From contig JAQGDQ010000008.1 in assembly GCA_030141605.1 (NCBI GenBank), positions 372,001 through 436,000 of the forward strand: a stretch of 64,000 nucleotides of DNA. The letters run 5' to 3'. The notes under the pieces were generated by a model. That model saw only the letters and a list, made by a program, of their open reading frames with translations, was not told the origin of the DNA and ran no database searches. Position numbers and translations under genes: made by a program. This stretch comes from Tubiluchus corallicola. Taxonomy: Eukaryota; Animalia; Priapulida. Numbering within the stretch: position 1 is the first letter of the stretch; each line of letters starts with the position of its first letter. Shown here in pieces: positions 1-25,399 of the stretch.

Positions 1-404
1 AGATTAATTAAAAGGGCATCTTATATTAAAAAGAAGAGCACTTCATTAAACTCTAAAATGGAAGATTATTGTTATAATTTGGCACTAAACTGACATGCAC
101 GTAAAAGGTATGATGCTAGTGTTTGACAGCAGCTATCAGTTCACCGGGTGTAAAGTTTTCTCTTGGTGCTGATAAGTTGGTGGGAAAGGTTGCTTTAGCT
201 TTCTTTGTTGTTACAAGTTTCACATAACAGTTAGTAATGAAAAAATACCAAGAGCTCACAAAAAACTAACTCATACTACTGGTAAGTTAAAGTTTAATAT
301 TAGTTTGGCTAAAGCAAGCATGCTCTGTTACTCATAAAAGTACGTTATTTTCAGCAGCTAATTTATTTAAGAATTTTGTAACAACATTGCTTGTTTATTT
401 TCAG

Positions 405-559
405 GATACTAATTGTCATTACACTGAGAATGCTTTACATGGAGCAAAACGTTTCTTAAATAAAGAATGTTTCTCAGCTACCATGCTAGCTTTTATTAGT
501 GACTTTGCCAAACACGTAAGCAAAACTGGCAGGTCGTCATTAATAAAAATTTATCCTGG
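405..559 (+). CDS. Probable upstream (stem-region) exon of the sulfotransferase
   Basis: Acceptor tttattttcag ending 404, open frame DTNCHYTENALHGAKRF...SLIK, donor-like g|gtaact at 560. Joining to 779 in frame needs a 1-nt shift in the A-run at 545-549 (see findings). Confidence 0.4.
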
Positions 560-778
560 GTAACTGTAAACGACCTCAAAACCAATTTAATCTCAGTATC
601 TTAAACTCCACAAGATCACAGCTTTAACTTCCTAGCCAAGCACACGCCATCACCACCCGGCTATTTTTCACCTCCGAATGCATCTCAACTGTTCACATCT
701 GCAATGATTAAGGAATAAGGAATCTTGGTATTAAAATAAAACTTCAGTATCTTTACTGAAATACGTAACTGCTTTCAG

Positions 779-1740
779 CATATCATAGAAGCGGATCCAG
801 TCTGTTAGGGGAGGCATTCAATAACCATCCAAATGTCATGTACTTCTTCGAACCAATTATCATGGTACCTGAATTCCGGAGATATGACATGGTACCATGG
901 TTCGCCCGCAGGACACCAGCACACAACAAGATGATCAGAAAAGGCGTGGATATAATAAAGCGACTAAGCGAGTGTGATTACTCAGACGTAGTGAAACTCA
1001 GTAAGACATACCAACAGCAGAAATGGAAGTCGTGGCCAAACTATCTCGCCAGGAGCATTGCCCTGACCAAAGTCGCTGGTTGCTACCACCCTCTGGACAT
1101 CGGACGCATCGGGTTGTGTGGAAACAAAACCATTCTTCTGAGTCTTAATGAAATTAATGACATTTGCAGACAGCACAGAGTGCATGTGATAAAAACTGTT
1201 AGGCTTCATGTAGCTGACTTAGTACCGCTCGTAAAAGAGGGATATAATTTAAAGATCATTTATCTCACACGTGACCCTCGAGGCGTGATAGCTTCTCGTA
1301 AAAAAACTGGAATTGAAAAAGTGTCTCATTCGCGAGCCTTCGGCTTGTGCAATGACATGCTTGCTAATTGGAAAACTGCACAGTCGGCAGGTATTCCTGC
1401 ATCAAATTTAATGACAATCAGGTACGAAGACTTTGTTCAGAATATTGAATCTAAAACTAGACAGATGTTTGATTTTGTCGGCTTAAGTGACGACGCACAT
1501 GTGCAGAAGTTTTTAGACAATGTTGCACATGGGCAAGCTAATTTACTGAACCTTACAAAAGTGAAAGCAGACTATAGTGTGTTTAGAGTAGATTCTAAAA
1601 ACCATATCGACAAATGGAAAACTGTGTTGACGCCATTTGAACTACGGACAATAGTAGAACCAGCGTGTAAAGAATATATAGAAAGCCTCGGTTTTAAAAC
1701 TCAATTTGACATCCAGACATGGAAATTCAGGCATTTATAG
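779..1740 (+). CDS. Carbohydrate (Gal/GlcNAc/GalNAc) 6-O-sulfotransferase, CHST1/3/5/6-like; large terminal exon carrying the catalytic domain
   Basis: Acceptor tttcag at 773-778. The frame extends upstream of the 838 ATG to give YHRSGSSLLGEAFNNHPNVMYFFEP (5'-PAPS-binding motif). Also IIYLTRDPRGVIASR (3'-PB motif) and IRYEDFV; stop TAG at 1738-1740; AATAAA near 1880. N-terminal TM/stem exons are upstream. Confidence 0.9.
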
Positions 1741-3842
1741 CCTTAACCAAAGTGCCATACTATGGAAAAGCTGAATGTGATACCACGGGTACCAAAGTAC
1801 CAATATGTATATAGATCAACTATGTAGAAAGCCAAAACAATCACTTCTCGAAGATATAATTATGTGTATAAAGACTAAAGAATAAAACTGACAATTTTTA
1901 TTTAACAGTTTGTTCACATCTCTCCACTATGTCTTTAATCATTACAACTGCAATGATGAAAACACTTGGCAAACAAACTTATTCTTCAAGCATCATATTG
2001 CAATACTAAAACATGCTAAAGTTTAAGTTTCATTAAAGCAGCCTTACCCCTTCACTTTTTGGTACAAATCGGCCCAAACAAGGACAATAGCCACTCAAGG
2101 CAAGGGGCTACACTACAGTAAAAAGGCAAAGATATGAATAGAATCAATAGATGCAGATACTTATGACCCGAGAAATAGAATGCAAAATTTCCTAGTGATA
2201 GACTATATCTGTTGATGTTCTTCATGAATCATAAACCCAAGAAAGGCTATATTTTTCAAGAAACAATTTTCTGTAAGAATCTCGAGGGAAAACTAGATTT
2301 ATAAATTTCTAAATTTAGCTTAGTCCAGAATAAGCCTAAATGTTACTTGGCAAGTTATTCTCCACTGAAAACACCCCATGTTCACATTTGCCAAAGGAAG
2401 ATTCCTTGGACAGCACAGCATTGTAATGGCATGGTTTCCTCTCACTTCTCTTCAGCAAACCAAATAAAGTCATAATTGCTTTAACCTAGGTTATTAGCTA
2501 AGTTAAAAACATATGCAACACAACTGCACATTATTAGCATTATTTGTGTTAATGCTAAAACATCACAATTTTTTGCATAAAAACAGCTGCTAATATTACA
2601 ATGAAATATCCTAATTACATAAATCACTTTTTGACTTGCACAGCCTGACTACCATCAATGCAATAAAAGTGGTGGCAGAGATAGTAATGAAAACTGTGAA
2701 AGCTATGACTGTTTCTCTATCAGTTCCGCCAGTCTCTCCATTCACTTTTCAGACAGGAAATCAGCCAAACAACACAATTTTTATTAAACTTCACAAAATA
2801 ACAGATATAACATCTTGTTAAAATCGCAGAATTAACCTTTGAGCTAACATATTACAACTGACCATGAAGGCTATACGATTATGAGAAGTAATGAATCAAA
2901 CTATTCACCAAGGGAAGTTAAGATGTGGCCTGACAGCATAAGCACTGACCACTTTTCATATAAGCTATTCACTGTTCACTACAAATCTGTATATTAAATA
3001 TGCCAAGGCACTGATAGGTCATATCTAATGAATCTTAGGAATACTGTAAACCATCATTCCAACTAACTAATCACAGGAAAAGGTAGTCCATAATAACCAA
3101 TAATCCACAATTGGACCATATGACATATGCAACACATCTTTTTGGAAGAACAATGAGCAAACTCATACAAGTCACAGAATAAACGTATCCCTGTATTGGA
3201 ACGCCATCTACAAAGGAAGATCAATGAATAATATTAAGGGTAAGAAAATTGACACATAAGTTCATAATGCCTCTACATGATGTCCAGTATATCATGTATA
3301 TCAACCTGAGGTCTCAGGCTAGACACATGCCTTCGTTATAGCCTTAAAGCAAGAACAAACTGAAAAGCACAGTACACTGTAATCTGTTATGTATCCGAAA
3401 TCCGTTATAAATGGGCCTGTTATAATGAATGTTTACATATAATTAAATTACCAATTTACTAATAAATCTCAATTTAAAGAGCCTAATTAGATTAAATTAG
3501 TACTTATCTGAATTTAGCTAAAACAGGCTTAAAATATTCAAACTCTAATCACCCACTACTAACAATGACAACAATATCAAGCAACATGCTTCAAGTGCTT
3601 TGCTTTTAGAACCAGCAAGATTGAAACTACTTAATTACTGACAATAAAACTTACACACAAACCATATCATACTCTGTAGTTTCTAATCCGTGAAAAACTA
3701 GACCTTTCTTGTGTACCAATGGAATTTAAGGATCATCACTGCTTAACAATCTTTAGATGCCATACAGCCCTTGCTTCTCATGCTACGAGTAACAACAAAT
3801 TTTTGATGCAGCAATGTAGTAGAAATACATCGTGACTAGCTA

Positions 3843-4114
3843 CAGGTATTCATCCACCTATGCAACTTACGACTGCTTGACTTTACAACCCGACCACAAG
3901 TAATTAATTCATTATACGAAACTAATGATTTGTCACATTTCCTTCTATTTTTTAAGCAAATTAATTTTAAATCTCTAAATGTTTGGATAAACTCATCCGC
4001 CGGCACTGCCATACTTATGGCAAACCACTTTAACATACAGGTCCAACTTGCGTCTAAGTCGTCTTACGACCAGTAAGCCGTAAGCAATTGTGGCCGTAAG
4101 TTGAAAACTACTTG
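3843..4114. mobile_element. Degenerate Tigger/pogo-type MITE
   Basis: TA|CAGGTATTC..CAACTTACGAC at the left end, GCCGTAAGTTGAAAACTACTTG|TA at the right end; imperfect TIRs with TA on both sides. Confidence 0.55.
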
Positions 4115-4182
4115 TACTCACATGAGTGCCAGATGAGTTGCGAAGAGTAAATAATACAGAAAACAAGCATATCACAACTCAC

Positions 4183-14796
<10,614 letters not shown>

Positions 14797-14935
14797 CCTT
14801 GAAACACTGAAAAAAATCAATAAATCTTACAAAGGTGTACCAATTATTTGACTAAATCATAACCCACTTAATCTACGACAGACGATGTAACAATAATTTA
14901 GGCTGATATGAAAGTTTAGAGTCATCTGACATATC

Positions 14936-15157
14936 TTGTAAGAAAAGATAAGGTAGCCAAAACACTCGCAAACAGCTAAAGTAAGATCCATTATGTAACT
15001 CTACATAAACACATGGTGTGACTGAGATTCCAGTAAACCACAAAAACAACCAAAAACAAACCTGTAAGAAAAGATGAGGTAGCCAAAACACTTGCAAACA
15101 GCTAAAGTAAGATCCATTATGTAAGTCTAAAACACATGGTGTGACTGAGATTCCAGT
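14936..15157. repeat. Tandem duplication, about 125-bp unit x2
   Basis: TGTAAGAAAAGAT(A/G)AGGTAGCCAAAACACT..CATGGTGTGACTGAGATTCCAGT at about 14937 and 15063. Confidence 0.85.
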
Positions 15158-18100
15158 TAGAACTCACAAGATGGCAATTATCATTTTACCTGTAGATAAG
15201 TTACACTAGGGTACAAAGGTTCCGCTTGTAACCTTGCCTCGTTACATGTACAACATTAAACTGAAGAAGTAAATTATTTCACAGGTCTGCCAATAACAAT
15301 AAAAAAGGCATGCCTTTTGCTTAATTTAAATGAAGTTTACAATGTCATGGACCTCATTATGAAAAACAGGAATACAAATAATGTAATTTGTAATATCAGG
15401 ATAGCTACAGAATTTTACACAAAAGGACTTTCGCATATACATCTAAAACTATTCACCTATTGTTACATTATTTATTCGCAAGCAATTTTGAACTAAGAAT
15501 TCCATTTAAAACGTTGTAAATTTTAGGAACTGTAGGATAAACAGCAAGTACTGTATTTGCATTGTACAGTCAGCAAGCACATAGTAGGATTTTCTACTTT
15601 ACTGATAACAATGATTACAAAATGAAAACTAGTTTAACAATGCATCACATTTAAATAATTTCCTGCCAGGTGTAACAGGTGATATAAGTGGACCATAAAC
15701 GCAGCAACTACAGTGGCACACGTACAATTATTGAATTTAACGCACATTGAAAAAATGTTTACAAGCCAGCCTTGAAGGAAAAAAAGAAATGTAAAAAATT
15801 GGCAATGAGCCTTGAATTGACCTGTTCAGGCACCTTTACATTTCAAGTGAAAACACTGAATTAGCTGAAAAACAAATAGGAGTAAATAAAGCTTTTTTTG
15901 ATCACAGTGGGCTGTGGGTGCAACAAGAGTGTCTGAGCACTAAAGATGAATGATAGCGGCAGGACTGGAATCTATCTCATTATCCTAAACAAGGAGAAAC
16001 TCAGAAGCAGCAAAGATGTTAACATAGCTCCTGGAAAGCAGGTTTTAGGTTTGAACACAGTAGATGTGTAAAATTTTCCACACTTTCTAATTCTATACAT
16101 TGCTTTCAAGTGTTTATACAATGTGTTATGCTCAGAGACGTCCTTACTCAATGAAATAAAAAGTCAAAGTACTAAAGCAAAAGCAGTTTTCCAGTGGCCA
16201 CTGTGCGTGGCAACCTGTTACGTGGCAACCTGTGCTTGCTAACCAAAACTGGTTTCAAAATAAACTTAACGATGGGTATTCTCGATGACTGACCACAACA
16301 TAATGCATTATCTTGAAGTTGGTTTTCAAAATATTAATTAGTCAGAATTTAATCACCACTCAATACTGATACACATTTAAGACATGCTGATAAACATGCA
16401 TTAGTGGATAAACTCCAGCTTTTTCATTGTCTATGATGCCAACTGTGCAATTATACAAAATTTAATGAAATCTAGCATCAACTCTAATTCCTAAATTCTC
16501 CAGTGCATCAAAAAGAAAGAAAGAAAAAAGCGAGAAACTAGACCTGATGCCAACTAATTCCAAATTTTTAACCTCTGGATATTTCAAAGGTTATGTAGAA
16601 CACCTCTGTAACTTTTTTCGATTGAACTATACTTACATGACTACAGTTGGTGGAAGAGTTTAAGACTCACATGATATAAAAATAAAACATGCAACATATT
16701 GTTCAATGTATAAGTTCTTGTTATTAGCACGTTTCAAATGAGCCCTAGAGGCTTTGCATGTGCATATGTATTCATTCAACCCTATACATTTACTTAAAAT
16801 CACAAACAGTGGTGCTTACAGACTTTTGCATGTAAGTCTGTACAAAAAGACTCCTGAAACTAAAACTTACTAAAAATATCAGAAATGTTTTTCCCCAGTT
16901 GACACACTAAGACATTACATTATTCGCCACAATGGTATCACATCATCCAAACTTATCAAAAAATTAATCCTACAGATACTGTTGTTGTTCAACAAAATAG
17001 CACTATATCACACACTTTCCCATGGTTTGATTGGTTTATTCTTCTCAGACCTGCAATGAAAAAACAGAAACGTGAAATCTGACTCACGTAAAAAATCACC
17101 CTGTCAAAACAGGTAGTTTAAATAAAACACGTGTTACACAAAAAGTATCACCTACTTTTGTTGGGAAATGACGTTTTTATGTTTTACAGTAGTTATTTGC
17201 AAGTTTCATTGCCTCATCAGTAATACTAGCAGGCGTCTTTTGTTTGTTTTGTTCGACGTTGCAGTAATGGTGCCGATGCCACTCTGTAATACGCTCACTA
17301 GTTTTTGTTGACACCATTTAGTACAAAACAAATAAAGTTCAATTTTAGCTTTATTATGTCCATGTACTTTAACTCGCAAGTTAATCATACATGTCTGCCA
17401 TTTTAATTACAAGATTAAATAACTGCACACATTTTACAGCAAAGCGATTATTTACTTCGTATGGTAACTAATTAATAATCAATAATTAAGTTATTTAGTA
17501 CTTAGCAAAGACTAATGGTTCATAAATAACAAGAAATGGTTTAATGATATCTTATATTTTAATGACAGTTTAATCTAAACTCAAGTTAATTCAAACTATG
17601 CTATGATAATGACACAAAACCAGACAATCTACCACTAAATTTCTACCACTACTATTACCTACAAAACTCAAAAACGTATTCAAAAAAATAGTTAAAATGA
17701 ACAACAAAGTACAAAATTTTTAACGTGACCTAACAAAAGCTGGGTATCAGTTAGCTTCATATAATGACACGGAGCTACAAAATAATTTCCAGGTACACTT
17801 CAGAAAAAAACAGTCAATAAATAATAGAACATGATACAGGACGAGTTCATCAAACAAATTGATAAAATATTTATATTGGTTACATCTAAAAGCAAGTACA
17901 GTTTAACACGTCGGGGGGCTTTTAGCGATCAGGAAGTAAAAGAAAATGGTTCCAATCCTCCATTATTCGCTTGATTTCTGACACACTGGCAAAGTAGAAC
18001 AGTAATTTACACACATCACCTTCAATGAACACTTTAAAAATTAAAATTCCAACACGAAACGCATAATAACATCGCACTTGAACGAATCTTTGTACAGTAC

Positions 18101-21100
18101 AACTGGGGACCGCCTAATTCACCAGGTAGGAAGTCCAGATCAACTCCAGGAATGGGTCCAAAATTCTAAATTCTTCTAATCTAACTGTTAAAATCCACTT
18201 TCAAGCGCAAACACGAACTCTGCCAATACTGCTATCTTTTCAAACAAAATCGTTAAACATTTTACGAGCACACACACAGGTTGTTCTTGAGTCGTGAAAA
18301 CTCGACCTGTGACTCGATTCACGGTGAGAAAGAATGGTACAGCACATGAATAAACAGCCCTCGGCTGCAGCCAGTAGAACATTACAGAAAGCGTATCAGT
18401 ATATCAGGTAAGTAGTACATGACCGCAAGTTGCAAAACACAAGTAATGCAACCTACCTGTACGTATGCTCGCCTGTGTACAAATTGCTATGCAAAGCAGT
18501 TCACCACAGGCCTACACAACAACTAACAGGTTAAAGTTCGCAAACACGACCAGGCTTAACACAACGCCTGCCAGATGCCGTAACAAGACAAATTTATACA
18601 TAGTGTTTTTATTACAGCTTTACGAGATCGCATTATATCTTATTACTGTCACTCTCTTGTTACAGCAAGGAACTGCTGGAGATTTGCTGGATTTAACTAG
18701 AATTTCCTCAGCCAACAGTGAAGTAAACGAATTCTAAAAATGACCAAGGAAAAAATAAAGAACTCAAGCATTGCGTAAATAGTGAAGCAAGGTAACGAAA
18801 GAGAAACAAAAGATAACAAAACATTGTCTATATACAGAAAACAACAAGTGAAAAGCAGGTGTGGTACCCTTTAGTGTGTGAAAACGATCTAGAATATATT
18901 TGCCTATGGCTGTCGTTCGCCACTTATATCTTTAAATGATCCCCGACAGTTCAATTCAACTCATCGCCAATTTTCATTCTGTAACTGCACACGTTATAAT
19001 ACATGGTGCTTTGCAAAAGGCATCTTTTATCACAAATTAACTTTTTAATCAGCCCATAGATATACACAGCTTTACCTCCACAAAAGCGCCTTTAATCGCG
19101 ACAGTTCGAATTTCATTTGCTTGTTGACAACGTGAAACAGCGTGACATGAAACATTACAACTTTTTTATAGGACAGTTTACATACTTTGAACCCCACCAA
19201 CACCCATTCTCCAAATAATCTAAAGCTGCATGGAAAGTCATGACAATCTAGATAAAACTATTCGTAAAACCCATGTTCTGCGACACTCATAAGTCCCGCG
19301 CTAATAACTTTGTCAGGCCTGCCAACACAAGCTAAACTATTTTAACCAATAAACGTTGCAATAAAAACGCTCAAACGCTGAAAACGGGTAATAAAAATGC
19401 ACACTAAGCAGCTACGTCACGCCCTTTTCAACTTTGCTTGCTCATTTCAATAATAAATTACAAGACATACAGATTGACAAGGTAGTTTACAAATTAGTTT
19501 ATAATGTCATCAGTAGTCTCTACTCGCCAACAATAGGTGAGCCTAGTCGAAAAAACTAGCACACGGTAACCCACTGCACCGTCGGTCGCAAAAGAAAGGG
19601 TTTAAATATTCGTTTTTTATTTTAAAGTTGAAAGTTTTATCACTACGTTGACACTAGTTTATGGCAACACGCAAAAGCCATTCGATTATAAATTAATTTC
19701 TGCGACACACTTGTATAAGCTATTGACACACTAACTCAGGTATGATACAGGGTCATTACTGTGTCATATAGTTTGAAATTTTCATAGTTCTAGTCCACGC
19801 TGTAAATAAATCTAGACGTAAGAAAATTTATCACATTTTAATAAATATTTGTTCTTACACGCATTAACATTACATGGACTCAGAATCAATACCAATATGT
19901 AAACATGTGCTAGCTAAGTATAACCAATTTTTAAAAAGTTGGAAGTGCTCAATAATTAATAATTTAATAACTTAACAATTACAAATTGGATTACACGTAA
20001 TAATTTAGTAATAACAATAACAATAGTTTGTTGTTAGTGAAGAATGATCAAAATAAAAAAATAAACGAAACCTAAAGACGCTCATTATTTAAATTTTAGC
20101 GTAACAATCCGTAGAACAGAAGCTACAAAATTTAATTACCGAGCGACAGACTTTGAAATATATTGCCTATAGACAATTAATTTTCTCGAAATAACTTCTA
20201 AACCTCCGACATAACCACATTTAAACGGCACTAACTGTATAGCCAACGATACCTGACACAATTCCCACCACGAACGAGTTATAATTACAGTAGCTGCAAA
20301 AGGCAGACAGAGCGGCTAAAAACCAAGTACCATTGAACTACATAATACACTGAGTATACAGTTCAATGGCAACAGAGCGATTCTGAGGTCTGAAAGCATT
20401 TATCTATGGTGTAGCCATAGTAATGGCTCGAGTTTAGTATCGCTAATCGCTTTGTACAGTAATTAAAGTAATTTCAATGCTAGCAAACAACGTAGTGATA
20501 AATAAATTGAAGAGGCGACTTAACATTAGGATTACAGGTGTAATAACTTAACATTAAGGTTACTAAGAATACGTCTCTATATCTGAAGACTAATATTCGT
20601 GCAAATTCAAGTCCGCATGCGCTTTTAGTACTTTCTCAAGAGTTGCTTTGTGTATAACGTACCAATATTGCATAAGTTTCCAACGCAAGAAATAATCTGA
20701 AAAGAGTTCTCAATCTCCACAGCTGTTATACAAATCACTAGATACCTTCAATAAAACAGAAATTTACACAATTTTCCTCATGAAGCACTTGTGGTGTACT
20801 GGCTGTGCAAGTGTTTCAAATTGCAGTGCTGGCAAACGTCTTAGATAACCATAGCTTATAGTGTGTTGAAGGAAACTCCAAATTTAAAACGCTTTGCTTG
20901 TATTCCCGTACTAATTAATAATTGTGTAATTAATAAATGGCTGTGTACAACAAGATCCAATGAAAAAATAAGCCTGGCTATAGCATTTTCCTCATTTTTT
21001 CGCCTTTAGTATGAAGCTTCTCAGCAATCACGTATCCAATGAGCTTAAATCGACGCACTACTATCAAGCCTATCTAAATGAAATGACCGAAACCCCTGAA

Positions 21101-21782
21101 GGAACAACCAAAGCTCAAAAACTGCCAGGAGTGGGGAAAGCAAACTCGGTAACGTGTCTAAACGTATAATACCAAGAAATTCATTTCCAGTGTTGCAAAT
21201 TACAGAGTAAGTAACTGTAGTTCAATGTCATGTTTAATTTGCTACAACTAACTTTAAACAGATCAACATTATAATTTAATTTAACAATTACTAGCTAAAC
21301 GTAGTTTAAAGCATAGTGTAAGCTGCTCGGTGTGTTGTCACCTCACTTTCAAATTGCACAAAATATGCTCTTGGACTTTTGCAGGTGACTATTTATTACC
21401 TGTGTTCTTTGTGCAAAATGGAAAATCATAAAGTCATCCACGAATTGTGAGTCTTAAATATACAAATATGCAGGGAAAGCAGATAAATCAAGTTCCACAG
21501 CATAGCATTGATTGACGTTGTGAACGTGTGTGTTGTTAATTTTGATTGTAAGTGTTCTTTCATTTCATCATCTCCTCACCCTGTCACTTAAAATAGTTTG
21601 TACTTACCTGTTGGAGTGCTTCGTTTGCTTATGCAGAAAAAGCAATACCTGTTCTGGACAGTTGAGTTGATACTTTTACTGGTACAGACGTTTGTTGTTG
21701 GTCTGGCCAGTGGGCATGTTCCAGAATACCTGTAGTTAACGTATTTGTCTGGAAATGCTGGTACACGATCTGTGACGTACAT

Positions 21783-24160
21783 CGATCACACTACTAATGT
21801 AGATGCCCAAGTTGAACTTATTACAAATCATATTGAATACTATCTTAATTTGCACGCCCCCCTATACACGTGTAAAAACTTTTGCTCAACCCGAACGTAA
21901 GCGAAATACTAAATGCCCATTGACTACTCAAGAACTGAACTCACTAAGAACAACGAAACAATACTTAAACAAATTGTGGACAACTACCAAATCCAAACAT
22001 AATTACAATAATTATAAAGAAGCGAGAAATTCATTTAATAATCTAAACAAATCTTTAAAAACAAATATATACAGCAACAGTGTAATAATGCAACCTCTTC
22101 TAAAGATAAATGGGAAATAATTAATAATGTCATTAATAGATATAAAAACAAGCAAACCCATATCACATAGCTCATAATTGACAACAAAGTAATAAAGAAA
22201 ACTAAAGATATTGCAAATACCCTTAATGCTACTTTCATTAATTTGGGAAATTTCTGCTGGCCATCTAATCATAACAGTAACTACAGTAACATAATTTCGA
22301 AATTAAAAATGAAATTAAATAATAATACAATTACCACCATTACCACAAATGAAATATTTAAAATCTTAGTTAAACTAGACATTAACAAAGGTATTGGCCC
22401 ATCTGAAATACCTATGAAGATATTAAAGGACAGCATCAATAAAATAGCACCTCATGTTGCCTACATTACAAACCAAATGATCATGTGCAGTGAATTTCCC
22501 AGTATTTGTAAGCTAGCCAATGTAACACCAGTCCACAAAAAAGACTCATCAACTGACCCTGTTAATTACCGGCCTATATCCGTTGTTCATTGTTTTGGAA
22601 AAATTCTGGAAAAAGTACTATATGAACAAATAAATTCATATATAAACACTAACAATATACTTAATAAACATCAATTTGGTTTTAGACAAAAACACTCTAC
22701 TACTGATGCCACCATACATGCAACTGAAAACTGGAAATCAAACTTAAATGAAAATAAATATGGTGTAGCTGGATTTTGAGACTTAAGTAAAGCCTTTGAT
22801 AGCCTAGACCACAATTTTTGAAAGTCAATTTAAAATCATTAGAATTTAATGGAACTTCATTAAAGCTCATTAACAGTTACTTAAGAAACAGAAAACAAAT
22901 ACCGTTTCAGAATGGCTAACATTACAGGAGGGCATACCACAAGACACACTTTTGGGTCCCTTACTTTTCTGTCTTTATATTAACAATATATCTAAAACAC
23001 TAACACATTGTAACATAACACAGTATGCTGGCGACACAACTATATATTTAGGCCACGAAAGTCTAGCAACAGCTCAACGACTTTTAGAACAGGACATTGC
23101 AAACATTAACATAGCATTAAAACTTAAATTAAATAGCACCAAAACAGATTTCATGGTCCTTTCCCCCTTCTCAAATGACAATATAACTAATACTTCAATA
23201 AAAGTTGAAAATAGAATAATAAAACAGAAAAACAATGTAAGTTTCTTGGTATCTGTGTAGACAATAAACCTTCTTGAGATAACCACTTTAATAAAATTTA
23301 CGATAAAATGGCATGCGGAGCGTCCTACTTACGGCAGGTAAAAGGTCAAGTAACTAAACGGACAAAGTTATTAATTTTTAAAACTCTCGTTCTACCACAC
23401 TTTTTATACGGACGCACACTTTTCATGAAGCTTCAAGAGACAGCTATAACAAACTAAATAGTCTTCAAAATTAAGCCTTATGATTAGTCTCTGGCTATTC
23501 AAATAATAAAACGTCTCTCATCACAAATCAAACCTCTGCAACAGAATTAAGAACAACGTTTAAAATCCCAATTTTACAAACACATAAAGACTTCAACACA
23601 ATCCTGTTTTTATATAAATACATCAACAATATTAACACGCCCTTCATCAAAAATAAGCTTCCACTCCTCTTGGAGCCAACATTAAATCCAAGAACACACA
23701 ATATTAAACAAACACGCATTAATAACAAATACGGCAACAATTTCATCACTAAACAAGGAGTTCAACTCTGGAATACCTTGCCATCAAATTTAAAACAAAT
23801 CAAGTTCAAATCAAATCAAATTCTACAAATTCAAATCAAAATTAAAAATACATACATTAAATTGTTTTGAAAACCCTACATACGTAAACGATAATGTATA
23901 TTCACCCGCAAATTTTATTTACCCAAATTTATTTACCCACGTCCATTTTAAATTGTATGTATATATTGTATATAGTCTATTATAATTTGCGTGTAACATT
24001 GTAACATATATTTAGTTTTAAATTTTTGGCACAGTAGTTTTTAGTTTGCACTGGACGCATTTGCCTTTAACAGTTGTGTGAATTTTTATTCTCGTGCTGT
24101 GATGTTCTTTTATGCTTTTATGCTTATGAATATCGGTTTTTCTATGGCAAATAAAGAAAG
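21783..24160 (+). mobile_element. 5'-truncated, frameshifted LINE (CR1/L2/Crack/Daphne-type) ORF2 reverse transcriptase fossil
   Basis: RT motifs KLANVTPVHKK..PVNYRPISVV, QFGFRQKHST, DLSKAFDSLDH, LGPLLFCLYIN, QYAGDTT (degenerate YADD), C-terminal GVQLWNTLP; 3' AATAAA at about 24150; many stops and frameshifts. Confidence 0.9.
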
Positions 24161-24161
24161 A

Positions 24162-24168
<7 letters not shown>

Positions 24169-24214
<46 letters not shown>
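24169..24214. repeat. (TA)n microsatellite at the LINE 3' end
   Basis: About 22 perfect TA units. Confidence 0.95.
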
Positions 24215-24218
<4 letters not shown>

Positions 24219-25399
24219 GTAACTTCTTTACCATGGAGAGCTGAGTAAAGTGTTGTTTTTGGCAAAAAGGACAGTATTCCTGTTATATAGCCTGTCTTTC
24301 TCAGTCTCGTTGCTGTTACATGGTTTGAAGAGCTGGTCAAGCCACAAAGTGTGATGTTATTCCATTCCAGGCAGCTGTTGGTACGTTGCTGTTGTAGATT
24401 ACAAGAGGGTTGCTGAAAGCTGTTGGTTAGCTGTCGTCATCTGCATTGTTATGGCTCATGGAGGATCGTCATGTTGCCAGCGTCAGCATTTTCATTGTGG
24501 GAGGAGGATCGTTGTATTGTGCACAATATCGTTATAAACATTCAGATAAGTTATGCGCATTCATTTTCCTATCCTCATCTTTCTTTGGGGGTTTATACAG
24601 CAATTAGCCTTAAAAACAGCAGACGACCCCGTAAAAATACACGTAGTGTATTTTCCTGATCATTATATAAGAATTAGGAATGCAATAGCCCTCGAAACGT
24701 TACAGACGTCAATCTTTCACATTTAGCCATGTCCTACCTAAAGTTTAATGACCAAATGAGAAACCACTCCACCACCATGCCTACTCACTGACTTAACCTT
24801 CCTGAATGCCACAGGGTTTGTCTTGGTCAATTCAATTCAGTTCAGATAAGTCAGATAAGTTAGTCTTTCTTGCAAATTTATATTCCATGTAGCGTACCTA
24901 CTAAGGCATATCTTTAGCAATATAGAGATGTAACTACGAAATAACTGACATAGAAAGCTTCCAAAATTGTTTATAGTTAACTAAAATCGACAGCAGGCTC
25001 ATAGTAAACGTACATGGTAATTTACATACTAACAGTTTTTCTGTCGCGTATTATCCAAAAAACATGTTGGAAAGTGATCCTCCGTGGCGGAATTTTTCAA
25101 CCTCGAGTTACGTAGTTCAGCGCTAAACACCGAAATTGAAACCAGCGAGGTGGTAGCCACTAAGCAACAGTGAAAACAAAAAAGCTAGATTCCACAGCCC
25201 CAATATGCCCGGCATGGCTAACTAAAATTCGTTTCGAAGAACGCAAACAAAAACATGCAAAGACCCACAAGGAAAACAGCCTGAAAATCCCCTTTATCTT
25301 TCCAAGTTTACTAAAGTTTTCATAGCCACATTGACACATTTGCTGAACAAACACAACAAGTCGTTTACATTTCCATTGCTTGCAATCATTAAATGCCTT

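Noticed and set aside
17880-18470. Possible LTR/PPT remnant on the minus strand (..GGCGGTCCCCAGT|TGTAC)
   Set aside because: No second LTR, TSD or coding remnant could be matched.
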